Source: an uncultured Gemmatimonadales bacterium (GTDB lineage Bacteria; Gemmatimonadota; Gemmatimonadetes; Gemmatimonadales; Gemmatimonadaceae). From it: 64,000 nt of DNA. A program made the translations under genes and the position numbers. The notes beneath the pieces are model-generated. The model ran no database searches. It worked only from the letters and a program-made list of their open reading frames with translations, and had not been told where the DNA came from. Shown here one piece after another: positions 26,999 to 39,241 of the stretch (position 1 is the stretch's first letter; each line of letters starts with the position of its first letter). Location: assembly GCA_963793305.1 (NCBI GenBank), contig CAWBZV010000002.1:224001-288000 (forward strand), read 5' to 3'.

Positions 26999-27858
26999 CA
27001 GGCATGACATCAGACGCGACGTTGCTGGATGCGGTCCGTGGCGTCCGCTGGCCCGCGAGGCGGCGCGTGCCCGCCGCGGCGCACGGCGTGCATCGCTCGC
27101 GCCGTCGCGGGTCGGCCGCCGAATTTACCGAGTATCGGCCGTACGCCCAGGGCGATGATCCGCGGCGGATCGACTGGAAGCTGCTCGCGCGGAGCGACCG
27201 TGCGTTCGTTCGACTGAGCGACGATCACGCCTTGTTGCCCACGATCTTCGCGGTCGACACCTCGGCGTCGATGGCATTCCCGACGCAGACGCTGGCGAAG
27301 TGGCACCACGCGCGGCGAGTGGCACTGGCGCTCGCGTCGATCGCGCATGCGGCCGGCGATCCCGTGGGTCTCTTACTCGCGCCGGCGGCGCTCGCACTCC
27401 CGCCCCGTACGCGCCGTAGCATCGTCACCGAGCTCGCCGAAGCGCTGAGCGCCGTGGAGCCGAAGGGAGCGGTGTCGCTCGAGCGGCTGATCTCGGCTGC
27501 CGTGACGATCGCACGCGGAGCGCGCGTCGTATTGATCTCGGACTACCTGACGGACGCTGAGGATCTTGCCGCCACGTTGGCGGCGGCACGAGCGGTCGGC
27601 GGCGAGGTCCATGCGATCCACGTGGTGGCCGCCGAAGAGTTGGCGCCGCCGATGCGCGATGTGTCGGTCGAGGACCCCGAGGATCCGACAGTGCGCCGAC
27701 CGCTGGTTGGCGCGGCCCGCGCGGCGTACGATCGCGAGTTCGCTGCGTGGCGAACCTCGATTGCCCGAGACTGGCGCGCGGCCAGCGCAACGTATGTCAT
27801 GACGACGACCGACGAGCCGGCCGAGCATGCGGTGCGGCGGATCGTCGCCTCGCCCTAG
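26995..27858 (+). CDS. DUF58 / VWA-like MoxR partner
   Basis: EFTEYRPYAQGDDPRRIDWK, MIDAS-like DTSAS, LISD. Confidence 0.9.
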   Translation: MTGMTSDATLLDAVRGVRWPARRRVPAAAHGVHRSRRRGSAAEFTEYRPYAQGDDPRRIDWKLLARSDRAFVRLSDDHALLPTIFAVDTSASMAFPTQTLAKWHHARRVALALASIAHAAGDPVGLLLAPAALALPPRTRRSIVTELAEALSAVEPKGAVSLERLISAAVTIARGARVVLISDYLTDAEDLAATLAAARAVGGEVHAIHVVAAEELAPPMRDVSVEDPEDPTVRRPLVGAARAAYDREFAAWRTSIARDWRAASATYVMTTTDEPAEHAVRRIVASP

Positions 27859-27869
27859 TTACGGTTGCC

Positions 27870-28919
27870 GTGACACTCGCCGCGCCAGGCTTCCTCGCGG
27901 CGGCGTTTGCCGTTGCGGCCGCGGTGACGGCGCTCCACCTGCTGGTTCTCCGCCCTCCGCCGGCGTCGCGCTTGCCGACGGCTCGGTTTGTTCCGCCGGC
28001 GCCGTCCGTGGTCCGGCGCCGGGAGACGTGGCCACAGGATCGGCGGCTGCTCGCGCTCAGAATCGCGACGATTCTTCTTGCCGGCCTGGCGTTCGCCGGC
28101 CCCGCCTTGGGCGCCCGCCGCGTGCGCTCGGCGCGCATTGTGGCGATGGATCTCTCGGCGCCTTCGGCGCGCGACAGCGCGACTCGGTATCTCCGCGCAT
28201 CCGACATCCTGATCGTCTTCGACACCACGGCGCGCGTGTTGCCGGCCGATTCTGTGAACTCAATCGGTCAGTTGAATGGAGTGAGCTCCCTCTCAGCGGC
28301 CCTCATCGCGGCCCGTCGCACGGCGGCGCATCTCAGCGCGGACTCGGTCGAGCTCGTGGTGATCTCCCCGTTCACCGAGTCTGAGCTCGACGCCGCAACG
28401 TCGGCAATCCGCGCCCAGTGGCCAGCGGCGATCCGGGTCGTTCGCGTGGCGGCATCGCCGGGGCCTACGCACCATGCGACCATCGGTTGGGCGTTACCGG
28501 TCGGCGCGGTCGATACCATTGGCGCTGTGGCGACGGACGCGATCGTCATCGTGGCCCCGTTCACGCGCGCACGTACGTATCAAGCCCTGGAAGGCGCTGT
28601 CATCGCGCGCTGGGTTGATGGCGTGCCGGCAGCGGTCGAACGCCCACTCGGCGATAGCTGCGAACGCGACATCGAGATCGGGATGCCCGCGGGCCGCGAG
28701 GCCGACCGGCTCCGCTCGGCGCTGACCGACCGGCCGTGCGGCGGATCGGTAGACACGGCTCCGATGCCGGATTCCGCCCTCCGTGAATTCGCCGGCTCCG
28801 GCGCCTCTGGCGCGACGTTCGAGCCCAGTCGGGATGGAGCCGGTGATCGCACGCTCATGTCGGTGCTCTTGGTGCTCGCCTGCGCGATGGCGATCGCCGA
28901 ATGGGTCATCCGGCGATGA
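27870..28919 (+). CDS. BatA-type N-terminal membrane-domain protein
   Basis: LHLL...LPTARF...LLALRIATILLAGLAFAGP; C-terminal TM ending AEWVIRR. Confidence 0.75.
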   Translation: MTLAAPGFLAAAFAVAAAVTALHLLVLRPPPASRLPTARFVPPAPSVVRRRETWPQDRRLLALRIATILLAGLAFAGPALGARRVRSARIVAMDLSAPSARDSATRYLRASDILIVFDTTARVLPADSVNSIGQLNGVSSLSAALIAARRTAAHLSADSVELVVISPFTESELDAATSAIRAQWPAAIRVVRVAASPGPTHHATIGWALPVGAVDTIGAVATDAIVIVAPFTRARTYQALEGAVIARWVDGVPAAVERPLGDSCERDIEIGMPAGREADRLRSALTDRPCGGSVDTAPMPDSALREFAGSGASGATFEPSRDGAGDRTLMSVLLVLACAMAIAEWVIRR

Positions 28920-30880
28920 CGCCCCTCATCGAGCCACGGACGGCGCTCGGCGAGACGCGCCAGGTTCGCGGGATCCTGTTCGCCACCGCGATGGTGACAT
29001 CGCTCTTGTGGGGCTGCGTCGCGGCCGGCGTCACCATGACTGTCGGCGGCGCGGTCGGGCATGCGTCGCACTTGCCTGAAGCGTACTTCGAGGCGGTTCG
29101 TTTTGTGGCCGCCGTCATGGGACTTTCAGTCGCGACGATTCGCCTGTGGCGTCGGCGGTACGCGTACTCGATCCGGCAGGTTGCGCTCTGGATCGAGGAA
29201 CGAGTCCCAAAGCTTCGCTACGCGCTCGTGACGCTGCTCGACCGCAATGGGCCGACCGACCAGACGGTACGCCAGCGGCTCGAGTCCATCGTCAATGCCG
29301 TCAACCTGCCGGAGGTCGCACTCCGCGTCGTGATTCCCGCCTACGTGCTGGTGTCGGTGACCGTGCTCGTGGTCGCGTTTCTCTTGGCGAAAGTGATGCC
29401 GCTGAGCGCGACGGGCGCGGATCGGGCGGCCGAGCCGTCAGCCGCGTCGGCGCGATCGACCGCCGGCGTGCGGCGGCTGGTCGGGCTGAGCGCGCACGTC
29501 GTTCCGCCCACCTACGCACACCAGCACCCGGTAGACCTTGCGGACCCGTCAACCATTGTGGCGCTCGTCGGGAGCACGATCACCATCCGCGGACCCGGTT
29601 CGCCGGACGGGCTGGTTGCACCGTTTGCCGTGCGGGCGTCCGCCGATGGCTGGGCGGTGGAGTTCCCCATGCCGCGACAGGCGTCGGCACTGCGGCTCGA
29701 GGACGGATCCAACAGCCGGATCGTCGCGCTGCTGCCACGCGTGGACGAACCGCCGGCCGTTGTCCTCGAGCTACCATCGGCCGACACCACGTACCGCACA
29801 CCGCCCAAAGCCATCGTACTCTCGGCGCAGGCGACGGACGACATCGGGCTCGCCAATGGTTGGTTCGAGTGCATCATCAGCACCGGCCAATCAGAAGGCA
29901 ATTTCAAGAGCATCACGGACACCATCGGCCACGTGCAATTCTCGGCCACTCGCTCGGGCTCGCTCCGCGCGACGTTCTCCGTGGCACTCGCACCGGGAAG
30001 TCAGCTGTCGATTCGTGCGCTCGCGCGTGATGGGAATACCGTCACCGGGCCGGGTGTTGGCTCATCCGATACGCGCACGATTCGCATCGCGCGCCCGGAG
30101 GAATACGACTCGCTCGCCATTGCCGCCGCCGCCCCCCCTATCCTCGACAAGGCGCTGATGAGTCAGCGCATGTTGGTCATGCAACTCGAAGCGCTCGTCG
30201 CGAAACGAAAGCGGCCGAAGTCGGAATCGCTCCGGCTCGCCGACGTCGAGCAGCAACTGGTGCAGGAGGTCGACGACATTCTGAATGGCGCACCGGCCGC
30301 GGGGGACTCCGGGGGCGAGCCGGGCGAGCGTGCGGACGTCGATGCATCGAAGGGCGCCGCGGGGTCGGCCACCGGCGGCCGCGAGCGCGGATACTTTCAG
30401 GTCGCGTACCAGGCGATGACCGACGCCGCGCGGTCGCTGGCCGTGGCGCTGCCTGACACCGCGCTGCCTCCCGCCCGCCGAGCCCTCTCGGCGCTGGACT
30501 CGGCGCGCGTCATGAACCGATTGTACCTCCGCGGCACGCCGCCGACGATCGTCGTCAACACCGCGCGCGTGCGTCTCGCGGGGCCGCCCGGCGGTCCGAC
30601 ATCGGACACCGCCGCGCCCGCTCACCGGACGCCCGGTCCGCGAGCGGACTCGCTCCGCGCGATGGTGTTGAGGTATATCGAGCAGCCGTCAGTGCGCTCC
30701 GATTCGCTGCTATTGTTGCAGGTCGGGACCGCGGCATCGGCGCCACTCGACACGGTCCTCGCCGCCGCGCTCGGAGACGCCGCCGCCGCCCGCAACGCGG
30801 TGCGTCTCCGGGAGGCGCTCTTACGCGTGCGCCGCGCGGCGGCGCCGCCGCCAAAGGTGACACCGGGGCTCGGCCCATGA
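28916..30880 (+). CDS. Membrane-anchored protein with Ig-like and helical domains (DUF4175-like, MoxR operon)
   Basis: ALWIEERVPKLRYALVT, VPPTY, ATDDIGL, ARDGNTVTGP, MSQR. Confidence 0.65.
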   Translation: MTPLIEPRTALGETRQVRGILFATAMVTSLLWGCVAAGVTMTVGGAVGHASHLPEAYFEAVRFVAAVMGLSVATIRLWRRRYAYSIRQVALWIEERVPKLRYALVTLLDRNGPTDQTVRQRLESIVNAVNLPEVALRVVIPAYVLVSVTVLVVAFLLAKVMPLSATGADRAAEPSAASARSTAGVRRLVGLSAHVVPPTYAHQHPVDLADPSTIVALVGSTITIRGPGSPDGLVAPFAVRASADGWAVEFPMPRQASALRLEDGSNSRIVALLPRVDEPPAVVLELPSADTTYRTPPKAIVLSAQATDDIGLANGWFECIISTGQSEGNFKSITDTIGHVQFSATRSGSLRATFSVALAPGSQLSIRALARDGNTVTGPGVGSSDTRTIRIARPEEYDSLAIAAAAPPILDKALMSQRMLVMQLEALVAKRKRPKSESLRLADVEQQLVQEVDDILNGAPAAGDSGGEPGERADVDASKGAAGSATGGRERGYFQVAYQAMTDAARSLAVALPDTALPPARRALSALDSARVMNRLYLRGTPPTIVVNTARVRLAGPPGGPTSDTAAPAHRTPGPRADSLRAMVLRYIEQPSVRSDSLLLLQVGTAASAPLDTVLAAALGDAAAARNAVRLREALLRVRRAAAPPPKVTPGLGP

Positions 30881-31491
30881 GCGGCTTTGTCTTTGCGACG
30901 GGCCGCTACGAGTCCGGTGACTGGGACTCGGCGCCATTGGTCCCCGCGAACCTGATCGACTCGATCGCGCGATATACGTCGATCGAAATCGCGCCGAGCG
31001 GGGCGATTGTTCGGTTGTCGTCGGACAGCCTGTTCGATTATCCGTTGATCTATCTCACGGGTCATCTCCCGTTTCGCTTTACGACCGAGGAGCGGCGGCG
31101 GGTACGAGAGTTCATTGACCGTGGCGGGATGCTCTTCGTCGACGACCACAATCACGACGTCGGCGGCGTATTCCACCAGACGGCGACCGAGGAGATCGCC
31201 CGGTCGTGTGGCCCACTCGTCGACTTGCCGAACACGCACGACCTCTATCGCTCCTTCTTCGTGTTCGACCACGGGCCGCCAACGACGACGCAAGAGCTGA
31301 ACGGCTGGGGCGACAATCTCGTGCACGCGCAGCTCCAAGCCGTGCTCGGCCCCGGCAACCGCATTCGCGTGCTGTATTCCAGCAAGGACTACAGCTCGGA
31401 ATGGGGGTATCACCCGGAAAGCAAGCGCCAGCGGTCAGTCGACGACACACGCTTCGGCGTGAATATCATCGTGTATGCGCTCAGTCGTTGA
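30877..31491 (+). CDS. DUF4159 domain protein
   Basis: SGDWD, YPLIYLTGH, GGMLFVDD, FGVNIIVYAL. Confidence 0.85.
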   Translation: MSGFVFATGRYESGDWDSAPLVPANLIDSIARYTSIEIAPSGAIVRLSSDSLFDYPLIYLTGHLPFRFTTEERRRVREFIDRGGMLFVDDHNHDVGGVFHQTATEEIARSCGPLVDLPNTHDLYRSFFVFDHGPPTTTQELNGWGDNLVHAQLQAVLGPGNRIRVLYSSKDYSSEWGYHPESKRQRSVDDTRFGVNIIVYALSR

Positions 31492-31492
31492 C

Positions 31493-32552
31493 GTGCGCCC
31501 ACTCGTTGAACGCACCGCCCGCCTCGTCGCGATCGTCGCGCTGGGCGCTTCGGCGTGGGCGATCGGGCGCCGGACGTCCGTCGAAACGCCCGCGCGCCGT
31601 GCATTGACCGACTGGACGACGCGGTCCGTGCGCCTCACGCTCGACAGCACGCCGTCGCCAGTTGTCCGCGACTGGCTCGCGGCGCTGCGCCGGAACGGCG
31701 TCAGCGTCGCCTGGTCGTGGCAGCGAACCTCGCCGACACCACTCGCGGTCGCCGCGGCGCCGCTCGCCGACCCGGCCGGCGCCACCCGCGTTGCGGTCGC
31801 AGCCCCGACCGGGGTATCGGTGACGCTCGCCGATCGCCTGGGGCCGATCGACACGGGCCGAGCGGCATTCTGGCGGTCTCACGGTCACGGCGCCGATTGC
31901 GCTGGAGTCGATCACTGCGTCGGGCGCGCGAGCCGTGATCACCGACTCTCTGATCCTTCGGCCGCTGTTGGTCCTCGGCACGGTCAGCTGGGAGACGAAG
32001 TTCGTCGTCCGCTCGCTCGAAGAACGCGGCTGGACGGTCGACACTCGACTCGTGCTCGGCCCCCATCACGCTGTCACCCAGGGGCGAGAGTCACCGCTCG
32101 ACACAGCCCATTATGCCGCGGTGCTGGCCATCGACAGTGGCGCGCGTAGTGCCGCCACGGCCATTGAACGCTATGCCATGCAGGGTGGCGGGGTGATCGT
32201 CGCCGGCTCGGCTCGCCGGGTACTCGGCGCCATTGCGCGGGCCAGCAATGTCGTACAGTTCGGCGACGACACGACCTGGCGTCTACGGATGGACAGCACC
32301 CATGGTCCAGCGGCGCACAGGGACTTGTGGGCGGGTCTCGTCGCGGCGGTGGCGTATGCCCCGAGAGCTCGGGCGGTGGCGCATGTCGACGACGACCCGG
32401 CGCCGGTCGCGTCGACCATTGCCCGGCTCGGACCGCCGACGCCCGTGGAGCGCGGAGGGCTCAGCTGGCCGGACCCCTGGGTGTGGTTTGGGGTGCTGGC
32501 CTTGGGGCTGCTCGTCGACTGGACCTCGCGCCGGTTGCGTGGAGCGCCCTGA
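31493..32552 (+). CDS. MoxR-operon membrane protein, split by an apparent 1-nt insertion near 31868
   Basis: Track ORFs 31475.. and 31935.. join cleanly if one base is removed (...DTGRAASGGLTVTAP...); SWETKFVVRSLEE motif; C-terminal TM ending WTSRRLRG. Confidence 0.65.
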
Positions 32553-32573
32553 ACCCTATAAATTCTTCAGTCT

Positions 32574-32969
32574 GTGCCGACTATCAATCAACTTGTCCGG
32601 CAAAGCCGGAGAGATGTTTTAAAGAAAGAGAAAGCGCCTGCGCTCAAGTCGAATCCTCAGAAGCGGGGCGTTTGCACGCGCGTCTACACGACGACTCCGA
32701 AGAAGCCGAATTCGGCGCTGCGTAAGGTCGCGCGCGTTCGGCTGACGAACGGCTTCGAGGTGACGGCCTATATCCCGGGCGAGGGCCACAACCTGCAAGA
32801 GCACTCCATTGTGCTCATTCGCGGTGGCCGTGTGAAGGATCTGCCGGGTGTTCGCTATCACATCGTGCGCGGCAGCTTGGATGCCTCCGGCGTCAACGGC
32901 CGCAATCAGAGCCGCTCCAAGTACGGCACGAAGAAGCCGAAGGCCGGCGGCTCGGGGGGCAAGAAGTGA
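32574..32969 (+). CDS. rpsL: 30S ribosomal protein S12
   Basis: [23 protein letters not shown] start. Confidence 0.99.
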   Translation: MPTINQLVRQSRRDVLKKEKAPALKSNPQKRGVCTRVYTTTPKKPNSALRKVARVRLTNGFEVTAYIPGEGHNLQEHSIVLIRGGRVKDLPGVRYHIVRGSLDASGVNGRNQSRSKYGTKKPKAGGSGGKK

Positions 32970-33436
32970 GTCGTCGTAAGAAATCAGTGCGGCGTCCGAT
33001 CCTGCCGGACGCGCGGTACGATAGCCAGACCGTGTCCAAGTTCATCAACGCGATGATGCTCGAGGGCAAGAAGTCGACGGCCGAGCGGATCTTCTACGGC
33101 GCGATGGACCTCGTGGAGTCGCGGACGAACCAGCCTGGCGTCAACGTCTTCAAGCAGGCCCTCTCGAACTTGAAGCCCGTCGTCGAGGTCAAGAGCCGGC
33201 GTGTTGGCGGCGCGACCTACCAGGTCCCCGTCGAGGTCCGGCCGGATCGGCGGACGGCGTTGGCTATGCGGTGGCTCATCACCTTCTCTCGCGATCGGTC
33301 GGAGAAGTCCATGCCCGAGAAGCTTGCGGCCGAGGTTATTGCCGCCGCCAAGGGTGAGGGCAACGCGATCAAGAAGAAGGAAGACACGCACCGAATGGCT
33401 GAGGCGAACAAAGCCTTCGCTCACTATCGCTGGTAA
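32966..33436 (+). CDS. rpsG: 30S ribosomal protein S7
   Basis: [27 protein letters not shown]. Confidence 0.99.
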   Translation: MSRRKKSVRRPILPDARYDSQTVSKFINAMMLEGKKSTAERIFYGAMDLVESRTNQPGVNVFKQALSNLKPVVEVKSRRVGGATYQVPVEVRPDRRTALAMRWLITFSRDRSEKSMPEKLAAEVIAAAKGEGNAIKKKEDTHRMAEANKAFAHYRW

Positions 33437-33447
33437 CTGGTTCTGAT

Positions 33448-33476
33448 TTGACAAGTCGTTGTCAGACTTGTAGCTT
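33448..33476 (+). promoter_or_regulatory. Sigma70 promoter upstream of fusA
   Basis: TTGACA (33448-33453), 17-bp spacer, TAGCTT (33471-33476). Confidence 0.8.
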
Positions 33477-33480
33477 ATAA

Positions 33481-33704
33481 GGCTGGAGCAAAACTAAACG
33501 TCGGGAGCTTTTCCCCGGCGCGCCTTGGGTCCCCACCCGCGCACCAGTGGCGAGTGCACCCGGCGGCAGCGGATGGATACCGGTCCCGCAAGGGATGCCA
33601 GGTCCACCCGCGTTTTTGCTGAACCCCGTGCGGCGCAAGCCGAACGGGCTCGTTGGCCTCGCGGCGTCAGCCGCGTGATCAACAATCACTTCGGGATTTT
33701 CCTA
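33481..33704 (+). ncRNA. Long structured 5' leader of fusA (candidate cis-regulatory RNA)
   Basis: Several hairpins, two with GCAA tetraloops; a terminator-like stem followed by GTTTTT; long-range AGCAAAA/TTTTGCT complementarity. Confidence 0.55.
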
Positions 33705-35800
<2,096 letters not shown>

Positions 35801-35801
<1 letters not shown>

Positions 35802-36994
35802 TGGCCAAGGCGAAATTCGAGCGGACGAAGCCGCACGTGAACGTGGGCACCATCGGCCACGTCGACCACGGGAAGACCACGCTGACCGCAGCGATCACGT
35901 CCATTCAAGCCGCGCAAGGCTTGGCGAAAAAAGTGGCGTTCGATCAGATCGACAAGGCGCCGGAAGAGCGCGAGCGTGGCATCACGATCGCGACGGCGCA
36001 CGTCGAGTACGAGTCGACGGCGCGCCACTACGCGCACGTCGACTGTCCGGGACACGCGGATTACGTGAAGAACATGATCACGGGTGCTGCCCAGATGGAC
36101 GGCGCCATTCTCGTGGTCAGCGCGGCGGACGGCCCGATGCCCCAGACGCGCGAGCACATCCTGCTCGCCCGTCAGGTCAACGTGCCGTACATTGTCGTGT
36201 TCATGAACAAGGTCGACGCCGTCGACGATGCCGAGCTGCTGGATCTGGTCGAGCTCGAAGTCCGCGAGCTCCTCTCGGTCTACAAGTTCCCGGGCGATGA
36301 GATCCCGGTGATCCGTGGCTCGGCGCTCAAGGCGTTGGAGAGCGGTGACCCGAAGTCGGAGTGGGGCGCCAAGATCGGCGAGCTGATGGCCGCATTGGAT
36401 TCGTACATCCCGATTCCGAAGCGCGACATCGACAAGCCGTTCCTGATGCCGGTCGAAGACGTGTTCTCGATCACCGGCCGTGGCACGGTGGCGACCGGTC
36501 GTATCGAGCGCGGCAAAGTCAAAGTCGGCGAAGAGCTCGCGTTGATCGGGTTCAACTCCGACAAGAAGACGGTCGTCACGGGCGTCGAGATGTTCCAGAA
36601 GACGCTCGACGAGGGTCAAGCCGGCGACAATGCCGGGTTGCTCCTGCGCGGCATTGCCAAGGAAGAAGTCGAGCGCGGCATGGTGTTGGCCAAGCCCGGC
36701 TCGATCACGCCGCACACGCATTTCAATGCCGAAGTCTACGTGCTGACCAAGGAAGAGGGCGGGCGGCACACGCCGTTCTTCAAGGGCTATCGTCCGCAGT
36801 TTTATTTTAGAACAACGGATGTCACGGGAAGCGTTGAGCTCCCCGCGGGCACCGAGATGGTCATGCCGGGCGACAATGTGCAGATGGTGATCGAGTTGAT
36901 TACGCCGATCGCCATGGACGAGGGTCTGCGGTTCGCCATTCGTGAGGGTGGCCGGACGGTCGGCGCCGGTGTTGTCACCAAGATTCTCAAGTAG
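35801..36994 (+). CDS. tuf: Elongation factor Tu (copy 2)
   Basis: 397 aa; same GTPase motifs as copy 1. Confidence 0.99.
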
Positions 36995-37005
36995 AGGCAC
37001 GGGCA

Positions 37006-37314
37006 ATGGCCGGTAGAATCCGTATCAGACTCAAGGCCTTCGATCACGCCGTGATCGATCAGGCTTCCGCCGACATCGTGCGCACCGCCGAGAAGACCGG
37101 CGCGCAGGTGTCCGGCCCGATCCCGTTGCCGACGAAGACGCAGCGGTGGACGGTGTTACGCTCGCCGCACGTGGACAAGAAGTCCCGCGAGCAGTTCGAG
37201 CTCAAGACGCACAAGCGCGTGATCGACATTCTCGATTCGCGCGCGCAGACGGTCGACGCGTTGACGAAGCTGGATCTTCCGGCTGGCGTCGACGTCGAGA
37301 TCAAGGTCGAGTAA
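37006..37314 (+). CDS. rpsJ: 30S ribosomal protein S10
   Basis: [29 protein letters not shown]. Confidence 0.99.
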   Translation: MAGRIRIRLKAFDHAVIDQASADIVRTAEKTGAQVSGPIPLPTKTQRWTVLRSPHVDKKSREQFELKTHKRVIDILDSRAQTVDALTKLDLPAGVDVEIKVE

Positions 37315-37317
37315 GCA

Positions 37318-37995
37318 ATGATCGGCATTATTGGAAAGAAGGTCGGCATGACGCAGATCTTCACCGCGGAAGGACTCCAGATCCCGGTGACGGTCGTGGA
37401 AGCGGCGCCGAACCCCGTGCTCCAGGTCTCTGCTCCGGACGCGAAGCTGGCCCAAATCCAGTTGGGTTTCGGCGCGCAGCGCGTAGCGCGCGCGTCCAAG
37501 AAGGGTGAGCGCACGCCGCGGGGCCGCCGCGCGACGAAGGCCGCCATTGGTCATGCGGCCAAGGCGGGTCTCTCGGCGCCGCCGGCTGTCCTGCGCACGA
37601 TCCGCTTGGATGATGGCCCGAAGTCGATCGAGATCCCGACGTTAAAAGTCGGCGATACGGTCGGCGTCGGCATCTTCGCCCCGGGCGATCAGGTCAAGGT
37701 CACGGGAACGTCGAAGGGTCGTGGTTTCCAGGGCGTTGTGAAGCGCCACAGCTTCCACGGTGGCCCGAACACCCACGGGAACACCAAGCATCGGAGACCA
37801 GGATCCATCGGTCCTGGTACCGACCCGTCGCGCGTCATCAAGGGCAAGCGCATGCCTGGCCACTTCGGGGCCGAGCAGCACACGCAAACGCATCTCCGGG
37901 TCGAGAAGGTCGACGCGGAGCGCAATCTTCTCTACATCCGCGGCGCAGTCGCCGGTCCCAAGAACGGGATCGTCATTGTCCGCAAGCAGGGCTAA
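37318..37995 (+). CDS. rplC: 50S ribosomal protein L3
   Basis: [30 protein letters not shown]. Confidence 0.98.
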   Translation: MIGIIGKKVGMTQIFTAEGLQIPVTVVEAAPNPVLQVSAPDAKLAQIQLGFGAQRVARASKKGERTPRGRRATKAAIGHAAKAGLSAPPAVLRTIRLDDGPKSIEIPTLKVGDTVGVGIFAPGDQVKVTGTSKGRGFQGVVKRHSFHGGPNTHGNTKHRRPGSIGPGTDPSRVIKGKRMPGHFGAEQHTQTHLRVEKVDAERNLLYIRGAVAGPKNGIVIVRKQG

Positions 37996-37999
37996 CGCC

Positions 38000-38941
38000 G
38001 TGGCTGAGACTGCACCGGTTTTCTCATCGTATGGAACCAAGCGTGACCCGGTCGCGCTGCCGGCCGAGCTGTTCGATGGCACGGTGAACATGCCCGTCAT
38101 GCACCAGGCGGTGAAGGCGTATCTCGCAAATCAGCGCCAGGGGAATGCGGCCACGAAGACCCGAGGTTTAGTCGCGGGCGGCAATCAGAAGCCCTGGAAG
38201 CAGAAGGGCACGGGTCGCGCGCGTCAGGGTTCGATTCGCGCGCCGCAATGGGTTGGCGGTGGGACGGTCTTCGGTCCGACCCCGCGGAGCTACGCCGAGT
38301 ATGTGCCGCGCCAGGTGCGCGCGCTCGCTCGGAAGAGTGCCTTCAACGCGAGAGCGAACGAAGGCGGCATCATCGTGATCGATGGCTTCTCGTATGACAC
38401 GCCAAGCACGAGGCGCCTGGTGGCGCTCCTTACGTCGCTCGGCGTGGCGGACAAGAAAGTCTTGATCCTGACCGATGGGGTGAAGCACAACCTCTTCTTG
38501 TCGGGCCGCAACTTGCCGTCGGCGCACGTGATGCCGTATAGCGATGTCTCCACGTATCACCTGCTCTGGTCCGACGTGGTGCTGATCGAGTCGTCGGCCT
38601 TCGGTTTCACGATCGAGCCACTCGGCGAGACGCCCCCACCGCTCGAGCGGAAGACACCGGCCCGCTCGACGCCGGCGATCGCGAAGAAGTCCGCGAAGCC
38701 AGCCAAGTCGACGAAGACGACCAAAGCCGCGTCCAAGAAGGCGGCCGCCGAAAGCGATGCGCCAAAGGCGCCCGCCAAAAAGAAGGCTGCGGCGAAGAAG
38801 TCCGTGAAGAAGGGGTCGAGCGCGGCCCCGAAGGGGCAAGCGAAGTCTCAGAAGTCGCAGTCGAAGGCGTCCCCGAAGACCAGTGCCAAGAAGTCGGCGC
38901 CCAAGAAGGGCGGCGGCGGTAAGAGCCAGAGAGGGAGATAG
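38000..38941 (+). CDS. rplD: 50S ribosomal protein L4 with a long Lys/Ala-rich C-terminal tail
   Basis: KPWKQKGTGRARQGSIRAPQWVGGG; GTG start at 38000. Confidence 0.97.
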   Translation: MAETAPVFSSYGTKRDPVALPAELFDGTVNMPVMHQAVKAYLANQRQGNAATKTRGLVAGGNQKPWKQKGTGRARQGSIRAPQWVGGGTVFGPTPRSYAEYVPRQVRALARKSAFNARANEGGIIVIDGFSYDTPSTRRLVALLTSLGVADKKVLILTDGVKHNLFLSGRNLPSAHVMPYSDVSTYHLLWSDVVLIESSAFGFTIEPLGETPPPLERKTPARSTPAIAKKSAKPAKSTKTTKAASKKAAAESDAPKAPAKKKAAAKKSVKKGSSAAPKGQAKSQKSQSKASPKTSAKKSAPKKGGGGKSQRGR

Positions 38942-38945
38942 CGAG

Positions 38946-39235
38946 ATGCCCGCATTGCATCGCACGATCATCCGCCCGACTCGTGACCGAGCAGAGCTCG
39001 GCCGCTTATCAGGAGCGGGGCGAGTACACGTTCGAGGTCGCGCCGACGGCGACGAAGCCGGCGATCCGCCAGGCGATCGAGTCGCTCTTCGGCGTGAAAG
39101 TCACGGGCGTCTGGACCGTCGAATCAGCGCGGCAAGATCCGCCGGGTCGGCCGGAGCGCCGGTCGGCGCCACGATTGGAAAAAGGCGATCGTCACCCTGC
39201 GTGAGGGTGATTCGATCGATGTCTTCGAGGGTTAA
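38946..39235 (+). CDS. rplW: 50S ribosomal protein L23, broken by two apparent 1-nt insertions (~38979, ~39117)
   Basis: Three frames read IIRP / [28 protein letters not shown] / [19 protein letters not shown]; 290 nt = 288 + 2. Confidence 0.92.
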
Positions 39236-39241
39236 CGGTTC

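Noticed and set aside
33525..33704. 60-aa N-terminal extension of EF-G from TTG 33525
   Set aside because: The region is structured leader RNA, and EF-G homology starts at ATG 33705.
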